NCBI GenBank assembly: GCA_000091205.1
Contig: AP006495.2
Length of the DNA: 64,000 nt
Direction: 5' to 3' (one strand)
Source of the DNA: Cyanidioschyzon merolae
Taxonomy: Eukaryota
The notes below the pieces were generated by a model. That model was given only the letters and a program-made list of their open reading frames with translations. It did no database searches and was not told where the DNA came from. Shown piece by piece: positions 10,267 through 22,341 of this stretch (its first letter is position 1; every line of letters starts with the position of its first letter). Position numbers and translations under genes: made by a program.

Positions 10267-12243
10267 GGTGTCACGCTTAACGCTAGCGGAAACGCGGCAA
10301 GTTGGAGGTTTCGTTCGGGAGGCTTTTTGCCTGCGGGATACGTGCATTGCGCATGCTAGAAACAGGGTCTTGAGGGCGCGAGAGCGCGCTGCACTGTAGA
10401 CGCGTTTGCGCTCCCAGGTCGTGGCTTCGAAGGCGTGCATGGCCCCCTGCGGGCGACTTTACGCATGGACCAGTGCTGGTGACGGTGGTGATGGTTGCGT
10501 GCAGGCAGCCGCTCTGGAGAGTGTCCCCAATGCGTAGCTAGGGCAGCGGTTTTCGTCGATATCTTGAACTGCATCCCGCTGGTGTCGCTGCTGCTGGTAA
10601 TGCGCTCGGGGACGACACGCGAGGTCATGTCGCGTGCCTCCTCGGCAGCGGTTGGTGCAGTCTCTACGCGCGCTGTTCCCGCTCCCGAATGACCTCGTCT
10701 AACGACAATGGCTCTGGTGCCTGAGCCCTGCCTCGACGCCGCAGCATCAATGACGCAACGCAGCGGGGCGTTGTTGGTATTGCGCTGCACGCGGTTGCAG
10801 CTTGACGGCAGCGATCGCTTTTCGACTCAGCGTATCATGTTGTAAACGCATGCAGGAGTGGAGGTAGAGCGCAAGCGACAAACGCAGCGCATCGAGAGAT
10901 GTATGGCATCGGTACTTGGCAGGTCGGGTACACCATAGAACGAGCAGCGTGGAACGGGGCTGTTGAACTCGGGCGTGTCCAGGAAATTTTGGATGTCTTT
11001 TACACTGTCGTGAACAGCATCCGAGGTGTGCTGGTGCTCTCCGACTGCTTCGTTTTCCTTTTTGTTACGAACGGCTTCGTATTCGCCCATCTGTTCATTC
11101 CCCTGCGAACTCCGTTACCAAAAGTCGAAGGGTAATGATGGACGCGCAAGTGCCGAAGTCGCTGCTTCCGCGTCATGTTCATGATGATGCATTTTAGGCA
11201 TAGGCGGTCGTTGCGATGGACAACGTTGTTTGTGTACAGCCTGGGTTCGCGGTTCAAAGCGTTGATCCTTGGCTTGCGTCACATGTGCCGATAAGTGCTC
11301 ATCGAATCTCATTCGTACGCTGTCAAGTGACCTACGAACGCCTGGTTCATCGCTCAGTACGTCCTGTTGACGCATCCAGAAGGCTGCCGTCGATGCACGT
11401 CTCCGATTCCGCGTCTAGTGCGGCATCCCAGGATCACAGGCCTGCTCTAGGAGATGCTGTCTGCTGTACGCGCAAGTATACGCTTCCCATTCGATAGAGG
11501 ATTTGTGGAATGCGAACTTGTCCACCACCGCGAAACATGTACTGGGAGTAGAATCCAGTCTGCAGATCAGGTCGTGAAATATCGGTCGTTTTCCGCTCCC
11601 TCGTTACCAAACGTAGATGCACGCGCAGCGGGCATTCACGACTTTGATGACTCAAGTCCGATTCCAGGACTTTTTTTGCTTGCAAACGGAAGAGAAGGGA
11701 CCCTCTGGGCTCGTATCCCATGAGACGGTTCTTGCTTCCGTGGAATGCCGTTTTGTCAATGTCAACAAAGAGGGGCGATTCCGTCTTTCGTACGCAATCG
11801 ATGATTCACCATGACATGTCCGGGAAACGCTTGCGATGGACCTGTGCAATAGGCGACAAGTGATGATGTCGATTATTTTTTCGCGTCTGTCCTTGAAGCT
11901 ACGTACCCATCCGTCAGCGCTTATTACTCCGCTTCGATCCTTGATACAGAAACTCGATGAAAAAAATCGATACGCAAAGAAAAACAGTGATCCATTCAGT
12001 GTCCCATATTTTATTCGACCGCACCTGAACGTACCGATTCACATCGATGAAGACGCTAGTACTAGCTGCCGTAGCAGCCTCCCATCGCTCGAAGAGCACC
12101 GACGCTGCGCAACTGGAACTCGACCCAGCGACCTGTTGCGTTCGGTACACGAGTTCGACGCGCCACCAGACACGGCAAGCGTCATCTATCACAGGACGGC
12201 GTTCGCACGTTGTCGCATATGCAACGCTGCCCCGATAACCGTC

Positions 12244-14202
12244 TCAGGTGGCGTTTGCGAGACTTGCCGCTCCCGCGACCCGTTCGTAGAGCCGTCCGAG
12301 ACGCAGAACACCGACGTCATCACCGAAACGGCCAATGAGCTGCATGCCGGTTGGCAGACGAGCGCTGGGATTCGCTGGTAGCGTCAACGCTGGCAGACCA
12401 GCGAGGCTGGCGGGTACCGTCAGGACGTCTTCAGCGTAGAGGTCGATGCCGGCTTTCGCGCCCAGCGCAAACGCCCCGGTAGGCGATACCGGGCTCAGCA
12501 AAAAGTCGCAGTGCTGAAAAGCGCGCCAAAAGTCATCGGTAACAAGCCGTCGAACCTGCATGGCTCGTCGATAATAGGCATCCACATAGCCGGCGGAGAG
12601 CGCAAAGGTGCCCAGCATGATGCGTCGCTTCACTTCGGGGCCAAAGCCCCGAGTCCGTACACGACGTGTCATCTCTGCCGCTGTACGAGCGCCATCTTGC
12701 CGGACGCCGTATCGAACACCATCGTAGCGAGCGAGGTTTGCACTGGCCTCGCTTGAAGCCAGGATGTAGTATGCCGCACATGCTGCCTGGAAGCTGGGCA
12801 TCGACACCGGCACCACGGAAGCACCAAGCGACGAAAATGTTGCGATGGCCTCCTGGAGAGCCAGGCGCGCCTCCGATGCTAGTTGCGGCATCTCGAGCGC
12901 TTCCGTCCAGACGCCAAGGCGAATGTTTGCAAGCGGCTTGCGCTCTTCGACGAGTGCCTCTTCGATATCCGGGAGCGCGTCCAGGGATATTCCGGTATCC
13001 GCGAGTGTAGTGAGGTCATGCGGATCGGGGCCAGCGATCACCGCCAGGCAGCGCGTGATGTCCTCCACCGAGCGTCCTATAGGTCCCACCGTGTCCAGCG
13101 ACGACGCGTAGGCAATGAGTCCATAGCGGGAGACCCGGCCGTAGCTCGGCTTAAGGCCGACCACACCGCAGAATGCTGCTGGCTGGCGAATAGAGCCGCC
13201 AGTATCCGAACCGAGTGACAGCAGCGCCGAGCTCGCTGCCACAGAAGCTGCACTGCCACCAGACGAGCCACCTGGGACCCGGGTGAGGTCTCGAGGATTG
13301 CGCACCACCCCAAACGCACAGTTTTCCGAGCTACTCCCCATGCCGAACTCGTCTAATGCCGTCTTCCCAAGAATAATCGCACCTTGTTCTCGTAAGCGTC
13401 GGACGCACGTCGCGTCTTCCGCAGGTTGGTAGTTCTCCAGCAGAAGCGATCCAGCGGTCGTCGGTAGCGCCCTGGTCAACAGGTTATCCTTGATGGAGAT
13501 AGGAACACCAGCGACGAGTCCGAGTGCTTCGCCGCGTTCACGCTTTTGATCAATCAGGGCAGCCTGCTCTCGTGCGAACTGTTCATCTACATTGATGTAA
13601 GCGTGGATATGAGGTTCGGTCTCTTGCAGTCGTTGGAGATAGCGCTCGACTACTTGCATTGCCGTCCAGGTGCCGGTCTGGACCTTTTCAACGATCTCGC
13701 TGGCGCTCGCCTGCAGGATAGGATCCGGGCCCAGTGCCGGTACACTTGCTGCTCGCGTCGCCCGCAACTTTGAGGACGAAGACTCACCAAGGCAGACGAT
13801 CCTTGATGCAAAGTGGGCCGCTGCAGGTTTCGGACCTATCCACCACCGGTTTCGACTCACGGGTAGCTGCCGCGTCCTCGTACGCTGACGATACTGCGCA
13901 GTACCGCAAGAATCAGTCCAGCTTGAAAACTTCGGAGCGAAATCGCTTGGTGCAAGTTGCTTCTCGACTCGATGCACCCGCCGCCGCTGCCACTGCCTCA
14001 CACCGATGCAGAGAGCGGAAACTTTTCGCATCCCCGTGAGTGCCTCGGTCACTCGTGGGTAGCGGCAGCTCCAGCACTGTGCTTGCGGTCGCTGCAACAG
14101 AACTGAGTGCACCTCCGAGGCGACATAGCCCTGGACTGGACTAGTCCTGCTGAAGAAAAGTCGACTGTTGACAGTCGTTGGCCGTGAAGTGAGACACGAC
14201 AT
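12244..14202 (-). CDS. gatA: Glutamyl-tRNA(Gln) amidotransferase subunit A (GatA, amidase-signature family), probably organellar, with an N-terminal extension of about 140 aa.
   Basis: IKDNLLTRALPTTAGS...DEFGMGSSSEN...GGSSGGSAASVAA...LGSDTGGSIRQPAAFCGVVGLKPSYGRVSRYGL aligns nearly motif-for-motif with bacterial and mitochondrial GatA. The true start may be internal. Confidence 0.85.
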   Translation of the reverse strand: MSCLTSRPTTVNSRLFFSRTSPVQGYVASEVHSVLLQRPQAQCWSCRYPRVTEALTGMRKVSALCIGVRQWQRRRVHRVEKQLAPSDFAPKFSSWTDSCGTAQYRQRTRTRQLPVSRNRWWIGPKPAAAHFASRIVCLGESSSSKLRATRAASVPALGPDPILQASASEIVEKVQTGTWTAMQVVERYLQRLQETEPHIHAYINVDEQFAREQAALIDQKRERGEALGLVAGVPISIKDNLLTRALPTTAGSLLLENYQPAEDATCVRRLREQGAIILGKTALDEFGMGSSSENCAFGVVRNPRDLTRVPGGSSGGSAASVAASSALLSLGSDTGGSIRQPAAFCGVVGLKPSYGRVSRYGLIAYASSLDTVGPIGRSVEDITRCLAVIAGPDPHDLTTLADTGISLDALPDIEEALVEERKPLANIRLGVWTEALEMPQLASEARLALQEAIATFSSLGASVVPVSMPSFQAACAAYYILASSEASANLARYDGVRYGVRQDGARTAAEMTRRVRTRGFGPEVKRRIMLGTFALSAGYVDAYYRRAMQVRRLVTDDFWRAFQHCDFLLSPVSPTGAFALGAKAGIDLYAEDVLTVPASLAGLPALTLPANPSARLPTGMQLIGRFGDDVGVLRLGRLYERVAGAASLANAT

Positions 14203-15442
14203 TCCCGAAACTCGTTACAGGCTCTGCGACAAAACACTGCAGCGACACCAAAGTGCAAAAGAGCGCGGTTCCGACCGCGGGCTTCGGCGACCGTTGACCA
14301 GCCAGCTACCAGCAACAAGCACCTGTGCTAGCACAGCTGTAACCCTCAACCAGGTCGTCGACGCACCTATACGATAAGGGGCTTTGTTCTGCGCACGAAG
14401 CCAGAATCCACGGCTCGCTCTCGTCGACGTCGTTCGTTCGACGCAGATGAGATCGAAGCGAAGTTGTCGGTAAAGTCATTGCTGCAGGGCTTGCTTGCCT
14501 TCGATCATGCCGATCCGTCGAGAAACGGTACAGAGAGCCATAATGGATATCAGGGGATGTGTGATTCCACGACAGCGCTCCACAGATATCTTCCTGTCAT
14601 GCGATATCCCTGGATTCGGGTAGATCATCGGGGGCTCTTATGCTTCTTGGATTCGCTGGAAATTCGAGTCGTGCGAATCTGTGATCGTCTGTGAACGACA
14701 CGCGAACATCACGCCAGGTGTCTATGGACGACGCACCGGCATTTCTGGAATGCTGAAAGACGGTGCATCCGTGGCAAGCTCCAGGCGTGAATCCAAGCGC
14801 TAGCTCCGGGTCACCGATGCTTTTTCTTGTCATCGCGGGTGGTCAGCGTTTCAGCGCAATGCGTAGTGCACTGAGTATTGGATGAATTCCTCGACGGTAT
14901 GCTCGACAAGAAGCCGATGGTCGCTGTGGAAGCACGACATATTTCCGGGTGTTGATCGAGGCATTCAGGTACAGGTGCCGAAACGATAACAGGCTTGCGA
15001 TGCCACCAGCATCGCAAGCCTATCACCGCCAATTGGTTACTCGATTTGACTGTCGCTCAGCTTACCGTATACCACGTGGTGCATCCAGCACTGTTTCACT
15101 GTATGCTTCTCTAACGCTTTCAGTGGGTGCCAGCACTCCTAATTCGTGAATGTTGTCGAGCAGTCATCAACGGGTATCGTGCAGTGTCGATGCCTATGCT
15201 CGGTGAACACGCGCGCTGCGAAGAAGCTGTGGTGCCGTCCCTGCGCGCTACCGAACGCCCAGTGCCATTGGCTGGCAACAAACCTCGTGACTTGTCTGTG
15301 CTTTGCTTTTTCAACGCGTTGCATATGACGGTGATTGCGCGCGTCTTGCCTTCGTACTACCGAAACCAGTGGAGATCCGAGCTCTGTCTCGTGTGCGCTT
15401 GATATTGATCGTTCGCAGCAGCCGTTTGGGTGCGTATTTGCG

Positions 15443-15832
15443 TTACGAATGAGTCGTCCAATGCATCCTCCTCTGTACGAGACGGTGCTCAGCGCGCTCG
15501 ATTAGGGTCATGTTGCGGTCTGTGCAGTCGTTCGAATGTCTCCTGATGTCTGCAATGCTCCACTCGCGATGAAACCGAGCTCCGAAAAACTCAGCAGCCC
15601 TTTCTGATTTTCGTTTGAGGTCTTTGGCTCCAGCTCTGACGCCAATCATCCGGGGATGCACGGTCATCACAACGCCCTTGAATTCATCTTCCATGAACGT
15701 CTGAACATGGGTGCCGTTGCTCGACTCAAATCTAGGCTTCACAAAGTGTGTGCAGATGGGTATGCCGCCGACCTCCATTGATGCTGCGAATGGCTTTCCA
15801 TTCCCTCGCTGGAAACGACGAACATGAACCAA
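15443..15832 (-). pseudogene. Possible decayed C-terminal fragment of a TnpB/Fanzor-like ORF (copy D).
   Basis: Weak similarity to the zinc-finger/RuvC-III region of the A and B copies: FMEDEFKGV versus VDEFRTSY, and DRNMTLIERAE versus NRDFNAALHIRR. It lies at the expected distance and orientation downstream of the copy-D leader. Confidence 0.25.
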
Positions 15833-17699
15833 GCACCTCCAATGCCCGTGGCAAACCTATTCAAATGCTTCATACTTGCTCGTTGACGTCAGCCGTAGCT
15901 CGCGGAGAAGCGCCACACCGAACAGATGCGTTTGTCGTGACATGCGCGGCATGTATTCGATACATGGGCAGTGCAGGGAATACCCGCTGGAGGAGGCTAG
16001 GGCGCTCGTTTACAGCGAGGAAATTCGCCATATGCATCGGACGGCTCTGTTCCGGGAAACGTAGTAGTTGCGCATGATGCGAGGAAGGCAGGCTTCCTGT
16101 CCCAAGCATCCCGGCTAGATGACCGCTGTCGGGCCGATGCTGAGAGCAGCACGTTGCCCTTGAAGGATGGCAGGGAGCTCTGGCTCGCGTTGCGACATAT
16201 CCGCAGAACTCGCAACCAACTCGAGCTCTTCTGCCTCCATCCGGCTCATCAGTTGCTTCCACTAGCACCAGGAGGATCCGTTCCATCCGTCATTATCGAT
16301 CTGGGCCAGTAAGGTGACTATACAACGCCCACAAGCTGTGCTTCTTGAAGTGCTCGACACGAACCCGCATGTGAATTTGGCTGTTGCGATTAGTTCGACG
16401 CTTTCTGAGACCAGCGCTGTAGATGCTCTGGTCGCCCCAGTCCAGCTGCGACGTGTCCAGGTACTCTCCGAAGCGCGTTGTGAACTCACTGATCCTACAA
16501 CCAGACCCTATGTCATATTCTCTATCCGGTGTATCGGAGTTGTTGTCGCACGAAGGTTTGATCCATCAATTCCTGATGAATGTTGATAGCTGGCAGCCCT
16601 GCGTCCCGGACTCGTATGAACAGCTGCTCGTCGAGGTACGGCAAGTCGGGTAATACTAGGTGAGCATTCCCAAAGCCAGAAGATAAGCGAAGTTGAATGG
16701 CGTCACGGATAGTTTTTGGATATGAAGCATATGCGCATCTGTCGAATGAATGCTTGTACATAAAAATTCCATTGGACATTGCAGAAGACGTCATGGACGG
16801 GATGGGTCCAAATCCCGGGGCCTCACACGAAAAGCAGCACAACGCCGATACCCGCTACGTGCTCTTTGGCAGCATATTTGTGACGAGGAGCGACATTGTC
16901 TCGGAGGCAGACCAGGGAATGCAGGAAGCCGAAGCCGCTAGTTGCGTTGACGATGCATGAGGTGTTTCATGATCCTTTCCGTATGGAGCATTGTTACCGA
17001 CTGCATGATTGCGTCTCCACTAGGGGTGAAGTTGTTGTGAGGATCGCTTCTCGCTTCGCTACGAGCAGTAGGCTGCCGCTCTGTAAGCACCCATGGACAG
17101 GTCGATCACTCCTCCCGAGTAGCGGTTCATAGCGCGAGACGAGCACCTGTTCCTCATGGGATGCGCAATCCTCTTTCAGGGCGAACCCGATAAAGTCTTG
17201 TCTAAAAAAGAATGGGACGGTCTCCCGTAGACAGGCGCGATTTTTTCGTTGCCCATCCGTGCCGCTTCATCCCCGTTCATATGCACCGTGCGAAAAACGT
17301 CACATACTGTGGTATCTCATGGAGTATCGCCCAGAGAGCATTCGGATTGCAACGGAATAACAAGAAAACAGCCTAGTAGATGGTGTCGGATTGGTTCTTT
17401 TCGGGTGCACGACGCTCGGAATGAAGGATACGAGAACGATCGGTCATCCAAGTGCTGAATTTTGAACGAGCGACCTGGACAAGCGAGGTGTTCTCTTCGC
17501 AGGCGAGCGGCGACAGCATTACGTATTTGCACAGCGCCTTCGTCAATGAAGAGAGGACATACCTTCTGCCAGATACCTGAGAAAAAAATCAAACATAAGC
17601 AAAAGAGCTTCCCATTAAAGATAGGCGGGAATGCGCTTCGATCTCTGCGGTTCGACCGGTCGATGCTTCATCTTCAAAATTACGAGATAAAAGAGCACA

Positions 17700-19150
17700 G
17701 CTAAGGTAGGCATAGGCCTGCAGCACCTAAGGGAGCGAAATGTTTCGCCTCTATAGAGTCTATATAGATATCTACCGACGCACAGGCGCATCCTAGTCGT
17801 TTTTGACCGGCACCTGTTATCGGTGTCAGTTGCTCTCCCAGCACACTTCGAGACCGAGAGGCTGCCGCATAGAGTTGTATCGCGTCAGCCCCTCGGGTCT
17901 CGTCTTCAACAACGCACATCGTCTGATCTGGATAGCAGCACTGAAGTCTCGGCTCACGGAAACCATGCGTTTAGTTGCCTCTGTTTGAACTCACAAGTGC
18001 CAGGCGTCCTCGAACGAGCGCCCTCTGTGTCACCACAGTCTCGTAATCATCCCGTCAGGCAAACACGTTTTCTCGTCTATCTCCAATCGACATCTTCTTC
18101 TTCTTCGTTGCTTGCTCTTCTGCGCCTGATTGTCGCCGAGAAGGAGATCTTCCACGTTCTTTCCTGGCAGCCGGCGAAACGGGGCCTCCAGGATCCGCCA
18201 CGCTCACTTCCATCACTTTATTTTGTTTTGAATATGAACCCGATGTCGAACGCGTCTGCCTTGAACCGCGAAGCATGACTTGAATACACGAGTGTGAAGG
18301 CTGAAGCACAGCCGACTTGCCGGACGATACGTTGCAATGACTTTAACGCAAATACAGCTCGGACGTCAGAGGAACCCGCTCATCATCATCGTGATCGCGT
18401 TTCTCCTCAACGGCGAGATACGCATCGCATCCCATGCCTGCCAGATTTGGAGGTGCGCGTATCGACCCCGCTATATAGAAAAAAGAACACAAACGAACAT
18501 CTAACTAGCAACGAGATAACGATTTCTTTCCACCGCTACGATCAAAGTCAAACAGAGGAAACGTTTTCCGTATTGTCGAAAGTTTACCTTCCAGACGAAA
18601 GGTCCCGCAAGCCGGACGAGTCGATCGGGCTCTCGCGCCATATTCCTCCGTAGGGGCGGGTGCTGTAATGAGACCTGAGCAACTCGTCGGCAACGCAGTT
18701 TATTCTGGGACTCGGAGCGGGTAGCCTGCGTCTGCGCGTCGCCCTGGTCGCAGTGGACTCCTAGCAGCTCGCTTCCCGCTGTCGCAGGCAGTGGATCTGT
18801 CAGCACATCTTCCATGCTTCCAGAATGCTGATGAATCTCGATTCCGTATTCACTGAATCATGCCGCAAGCGGACGCCCTCAGTAGTATCCCAAAGCGGCG
18901 CTGTCTCTGTGCTCCATCCGCACCATCTGTAGCGGTGCTATTGCGGGTGCTTACCGCGGGTACTAGATGCTCGACAGAACGTACGAAACTACAAGTACGT
19001 ACAGCAGAATGCATACGTAATGGGACTTGAAGAAAGGATCCAGCATCATGGACGTTTTGTCGATTACCAATACCCATCCCACAGTCGGGGATCCGCGGTC
19101 CATCGAGACGTACTGCCGAATCGCACCAATCAGCGCAATGATCTCCTTGA
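17700..19150 (-). mobile_element. Decayed copy (D) of the conserved roughly 1.3 kb leader of the Fanzor-like repeat, plus a remnant of the ORF N-terminus.
   Basis: Long nucleotide homology to A 38750-40070 (reverse complement) and B 59066-60190. Shared strings include GACGCCCTCAGTAGT, CTATTGCGGGTGCT, AGCCGGACGAG, GGCAGCCGGCGA and CTTGAATACAC. The short peptide MCVVEDETRGADAIQLY...VDIYIDSIEAKHF resembles the ORF1 N-terminus of copies A and B. Confidence 0.5.
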
Positions 19151-19243
19151 CGCCCGGTATTCGAGCTCCTTCTCTACGATCAGGAAACGTACGCTTGCAG
19201 CGCTGCGTTGCGGTAGGCAGTAGAAGCACGGAGCTCGTTACAA

Positions 19244-21226
19244 GTGGCTTTGTCTGGTGCACCAATGGTACCTGGTGTTGCGTTTTTGGCGTGCCCGGTG
19301 CCGCTCCGATGGCAGGTGACGCATCCAGCGTCCGACGGTACCGCGGCACCTCGTCGGCTGCAGCAGTCACGTCGTTGGGCGGCGCTGTGGCAGCCTCGCG
19401 GAACGCGCACTTGGCTTCAGTGCTCGTCTGCCTCTCTCGACAACTCGAACTTGGGACGGACTGAGCGGTTACGGGGCTCAGTGACGCTGTCCAGTCTGGG
19501 TGATGACTGGGTTGAGGCGTTCACGCGGGCGGTGAACGCACTGCTCGAAAACCCGGAGAGCGACGTACCGAAACAGTTGCTCGAGTCGTTACTGGCTCCA
19601 GATGCCAGATGGAGTGGAGACCTGATTGAACGCGCTACAACGCGGGCGTCCATTATCGACAAACTGGAACGGGCTGTTCACTTCTGGGAGTGCGCTGGCT
19701 GGTACATCCCGCCGAACGGTGTACGGTATCGGACAACGGCGGCGGAGCGCACCACTGCTTCCACCTCCGCGACTATCCACGTGGATATAGAGTTTATGGT
19801 GTCAGGACTGTGGCCTTTACCGTGGCGGCCACGCGTCGCCAGTGCTGGCACCTTATCCGTGGAACTCGAGCTCACAGGTGATGTATCCAGGAGCAGGTTG
19901 CGGGCACGGAATATCAAAGACAGACTCGAACAGGCAACACTGCCGGTTCTCACGCAACTTGTACCGAGTTTGTCAGACTTTGCCGCTGTGTACGTTGCAC
20001 CAATGCCGGAGAACGATGCGGTTTTCCGTCGACGTGCCAGTCAGAGCACTCTGCTGGACGCTTCTGCACAGCGGCCGTCAGCGCTTAAGCGCAGTCCTGA
20101 GTACATCGACGGCAGCCACGAGCAACAACCAAGTGAAACCGCTGCCGCATCGCCACCTGCGACACAAGCAGAGCGTCAGCGCGCGAATACCCTGCCCACT
20201 GGACCTGAGAGCGTAAGCCGCGGTGGTTTTCGTTTACCGCCACGATGCTATCGCGAGCCTCCGTATCGACCGTATGTTGAGTGCTTCCTTCTGCCGGGAA
20301 TGACGCGCCCCGCCTCGATAAAGTCAGCGTCGGGGTCGATGTTTCCTGTATTGCCCGCATTCGTTTTTAACTTTAGTCGATTTCGGAACCGTCTGGTGCT
20401 GGATCCTCAACAGTTCGCCTTTGTAACACCTGTTCAGGTGCGACGCTGGCTCCTCGACGAACTCGACCAGAACGTTGGCGCTCTTCTGGATAGAGCCGAC
20501 TCGGTGCCTGCGCCCCGAGAGGAGCTATATCTTCCCGAAGCGTTCGATGTCTTCGATACTGAGGATCTTTTCGACGAGATTCAAAGTCAGATCGCGAGTT
20601 GGTCGTCTCCTGTTGACGATCATGACGCATCGGTGCTGCAATGGCGCATCCCTGTTCCGATTCGTTTTGGACGAGGAAGGCGGGTTGTTGTTGCACCGCA
20701 CCCGTATGCGGATGCGCTGGGACGGGGTGAAACCCCGTCGGACGAAAACCTGAATGGTGCCCCAACGGGTGCTCAACAGTTTTCCTCTGCAGCGCTTCCA
20801 CGCTCCGTTTTTCGGATTCCGAGCGCAGTCTCTCCGGTTACGGTGGAGCGCTTAGAGCGCACGGGCGCTCCGCCGCTGCCTTCGATATCCGCCAACGGCC
20901 GCGTGCTTGTGCGTTATGCGCTCAGCGAAGGCACGGGGTGTGTATTCTTCGCTCGTCGGTTTCGGGGTATGCTCACACCGGGACGTCTCGCTCGGCTCCG
21001 CTACGACCTGCTGATGGATTTGCGTCTTGCTGGTCGCGTGCCGGCTGGTTGGCTACCCCACGAGTCCCGATGGCGACTTTCTTGTTATGATTGCTCGGTT
21101 GGATTCGATGAAAACGCGGAGATCTCCGTTGCTGTTTACCGCTCGAGTCGCCCGCTGTTTTGTATCTTTGAACTAGCACTTGAGGTGCCGCGGGCTTTCT
21201 CACAGGCAGATACGGCAGCATCGTAA
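19244..21226 (+). CDS. Hypothetical protein with a possible NTF2-like fold region.
   Basis: Uninterrupted 660-aa ORF with no recognisable catalytic motifs. Coding status is uncertain in a GC-rich genome. Confidence 0.4.
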   Translation: MALSGAPMVPGVAFLACPVPLRWQVTHPASDGTAAPRRLQQSRRWAALWQPRGTRTWLQCSSASLDNSNLGRTERLRGSVTLSSLGDDWVEAFTRAVNALLENPESDVPKQLLESLLAPDARWSGDLIERATTRASIIDKLERAVHFWECAGWYIPPNGVRYRTTAAERTTASTSATIHVDIEFMVSGLWPLPWRPRVASAGTLSVELELTGDVSRSRLRARNIKDRLEQATLPVLTQLVPSLSDFAAVYVAPMPENDAVFRRRASQSTLLDASAQRPSALKRSPEYIDGSHEQQPSETAAASPPATQAERQRANTLPTGPESVSRGGFRLPPRCYREPPYRPYVECFLLPGMTRPASIKSASGSMFPVLPAFVFNFSRFRNRLVLDPQQFAFVTPVQVRRWLLDELDQNVGALLDRADSVPAPREELYLPEAFDVFDTEDLFDEIQSQIASWSSPVDDHDASVLQWRIPVPIRFGRGRRVVVAPHPYADALGRGETPSDENLNGAPTGAQQFSSAALPRSVFRIPSAVSPVTVERLERTGAPPLPSISANGRVLVRYALSEGTGCVFFARRFRGMLTPGRLARLRYDLLMDLRLAGRVPAGWLPHESRWRLSCYDCSVGFDENAEISVAVYRSSRPLFCIFELALEVPRAFSQADTAAS

Positions 21227-21957
21227 GTTCGTGAAGGCTTTCGATGCGAGCGATTTCGCTTGTTCCACGTATCGACAGTTGTGTTTCAGTTCCCGAGCGT
21301 AGATACCGGATACCATGCGAGGACGTGTCGCGACATGGAGTCCAGCCTCGCTCGCGGGTAACTTGTGCGTTGCACCTGGATGAGCAGACATCGGACTCGA
21401 GCCGAGCTCGAGTTGCCAGCAGTGCCAGAGATGCCCCATCCAGTACGTACGTGTGGTCTGTGTGCTGCAGCTGTCGACGTCAAGTCGCTTCGGTCAGTCG
21501 ACTTTGCATGTCCATTACGTGACCATGAGGTAAGTTCTTGTAGCGGCCTCGCGGGGGCGGTGCAGCTTCTCGTTCTCATTGTTGTTTCGTGCGCAATGGC
21601 TAGCATTTTGAGTCTGTTGGCGCCATGCGCTGACCCCAGAAGCGACGATGCTCTGGATATCGCAACCGCTGCTCTAGGTGTCCGAAAACATGGCCAAATC
21701 AAAACGAACCGAGCGTGGTGGCATAGTCGCTGCAGCATCCTGCTTTTTCACACATGTCTGGAGTACTGCGGTGCGTTGACGCTTTGCTCTGCTACCTTGT
21801 TGACAACTGCCTATGCTTATTCACATGAATATGCGTAAGAGAGTCCGCACTGCGGTTGTCTTGCCGCGAAAGAGGCGTCTTCGTGCCCGCAGTTGTGCGG
21901 CGTGCATCCTGTCAGTGCACTCTGCTCGTTCCCGGGGTCCATCGAAGAGCAAGAGCC

Positions 21958-22341
21958 TCATTCGCGCCACTGGGCACCACACTCCAAACACCGATAAAAC
22001 GTGGTCATAGGCTCGTCTGCACTGCGTGTTTGCAACTGGTAAAAGCTGGCCTTTCGTGCGCTACAGCGCTCGCAACGAACCTGGCTTGTTTCTTGACCAG
22101 CTGACTCTGCACCGAGCACCACAAGCTCCTCTGGTTGCTGTAGGGTCTGCGACACTCCCGCTCGGACTTGGTTTCTGTCTCGGGCGGTCCAGGGATGGAG
22201 CGGCTCTGTCCAAGTGGTGTTCGGCGGTGGCGTGTAGCAGTACCCGCAGCGTCGACAGAGCAGACAGGTCAGCACCTGATCAACGCGCCGCTGATGCTGC
22301 ACTGTACGCACTCTTTCATAGCAAACTGGACAGTAGAGCAT
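21958..22341 (-). CDS. RPC11: RNA polymerase III subunit C11 (RPC11/POLR3K), TFIIS-type zinc-ribbon protein of 127 aa.
   Basis: N-terminal zinc ribbon MLYCPVC...TCLLCRRCGYCY and C-terminal ribbon CERCSARKASFYQLQTRSADEPMTTFYRCLECGAQWRE. The SADEPMTTFY acidic hairpin is C11-type. The track ORF 21958..22824 carries a spurious N-terminal extension. ATG confirmed at 22341-22339. Confidence 0.8.
   Translation of the reverse strand: MLYCPVCYERVRTVQHQRRVDQVLTCLLCRRCGYCYTPPPNTTWTEPLHPWTARDRNQVRAGVSQTLQQPEELVVLGAESAGQETSQVRCERCSARKASFYQLQTRSADEPMTTFYRCLECGAQWRE

Noticed and set aside
11836-12381. 181-aa + strand ORF overlapping the 3' end of gatA.
   Set aside because: Overlaps a confirmed gene on the opposite strand and the AT-richer probable 3' UTR. 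No motifs.
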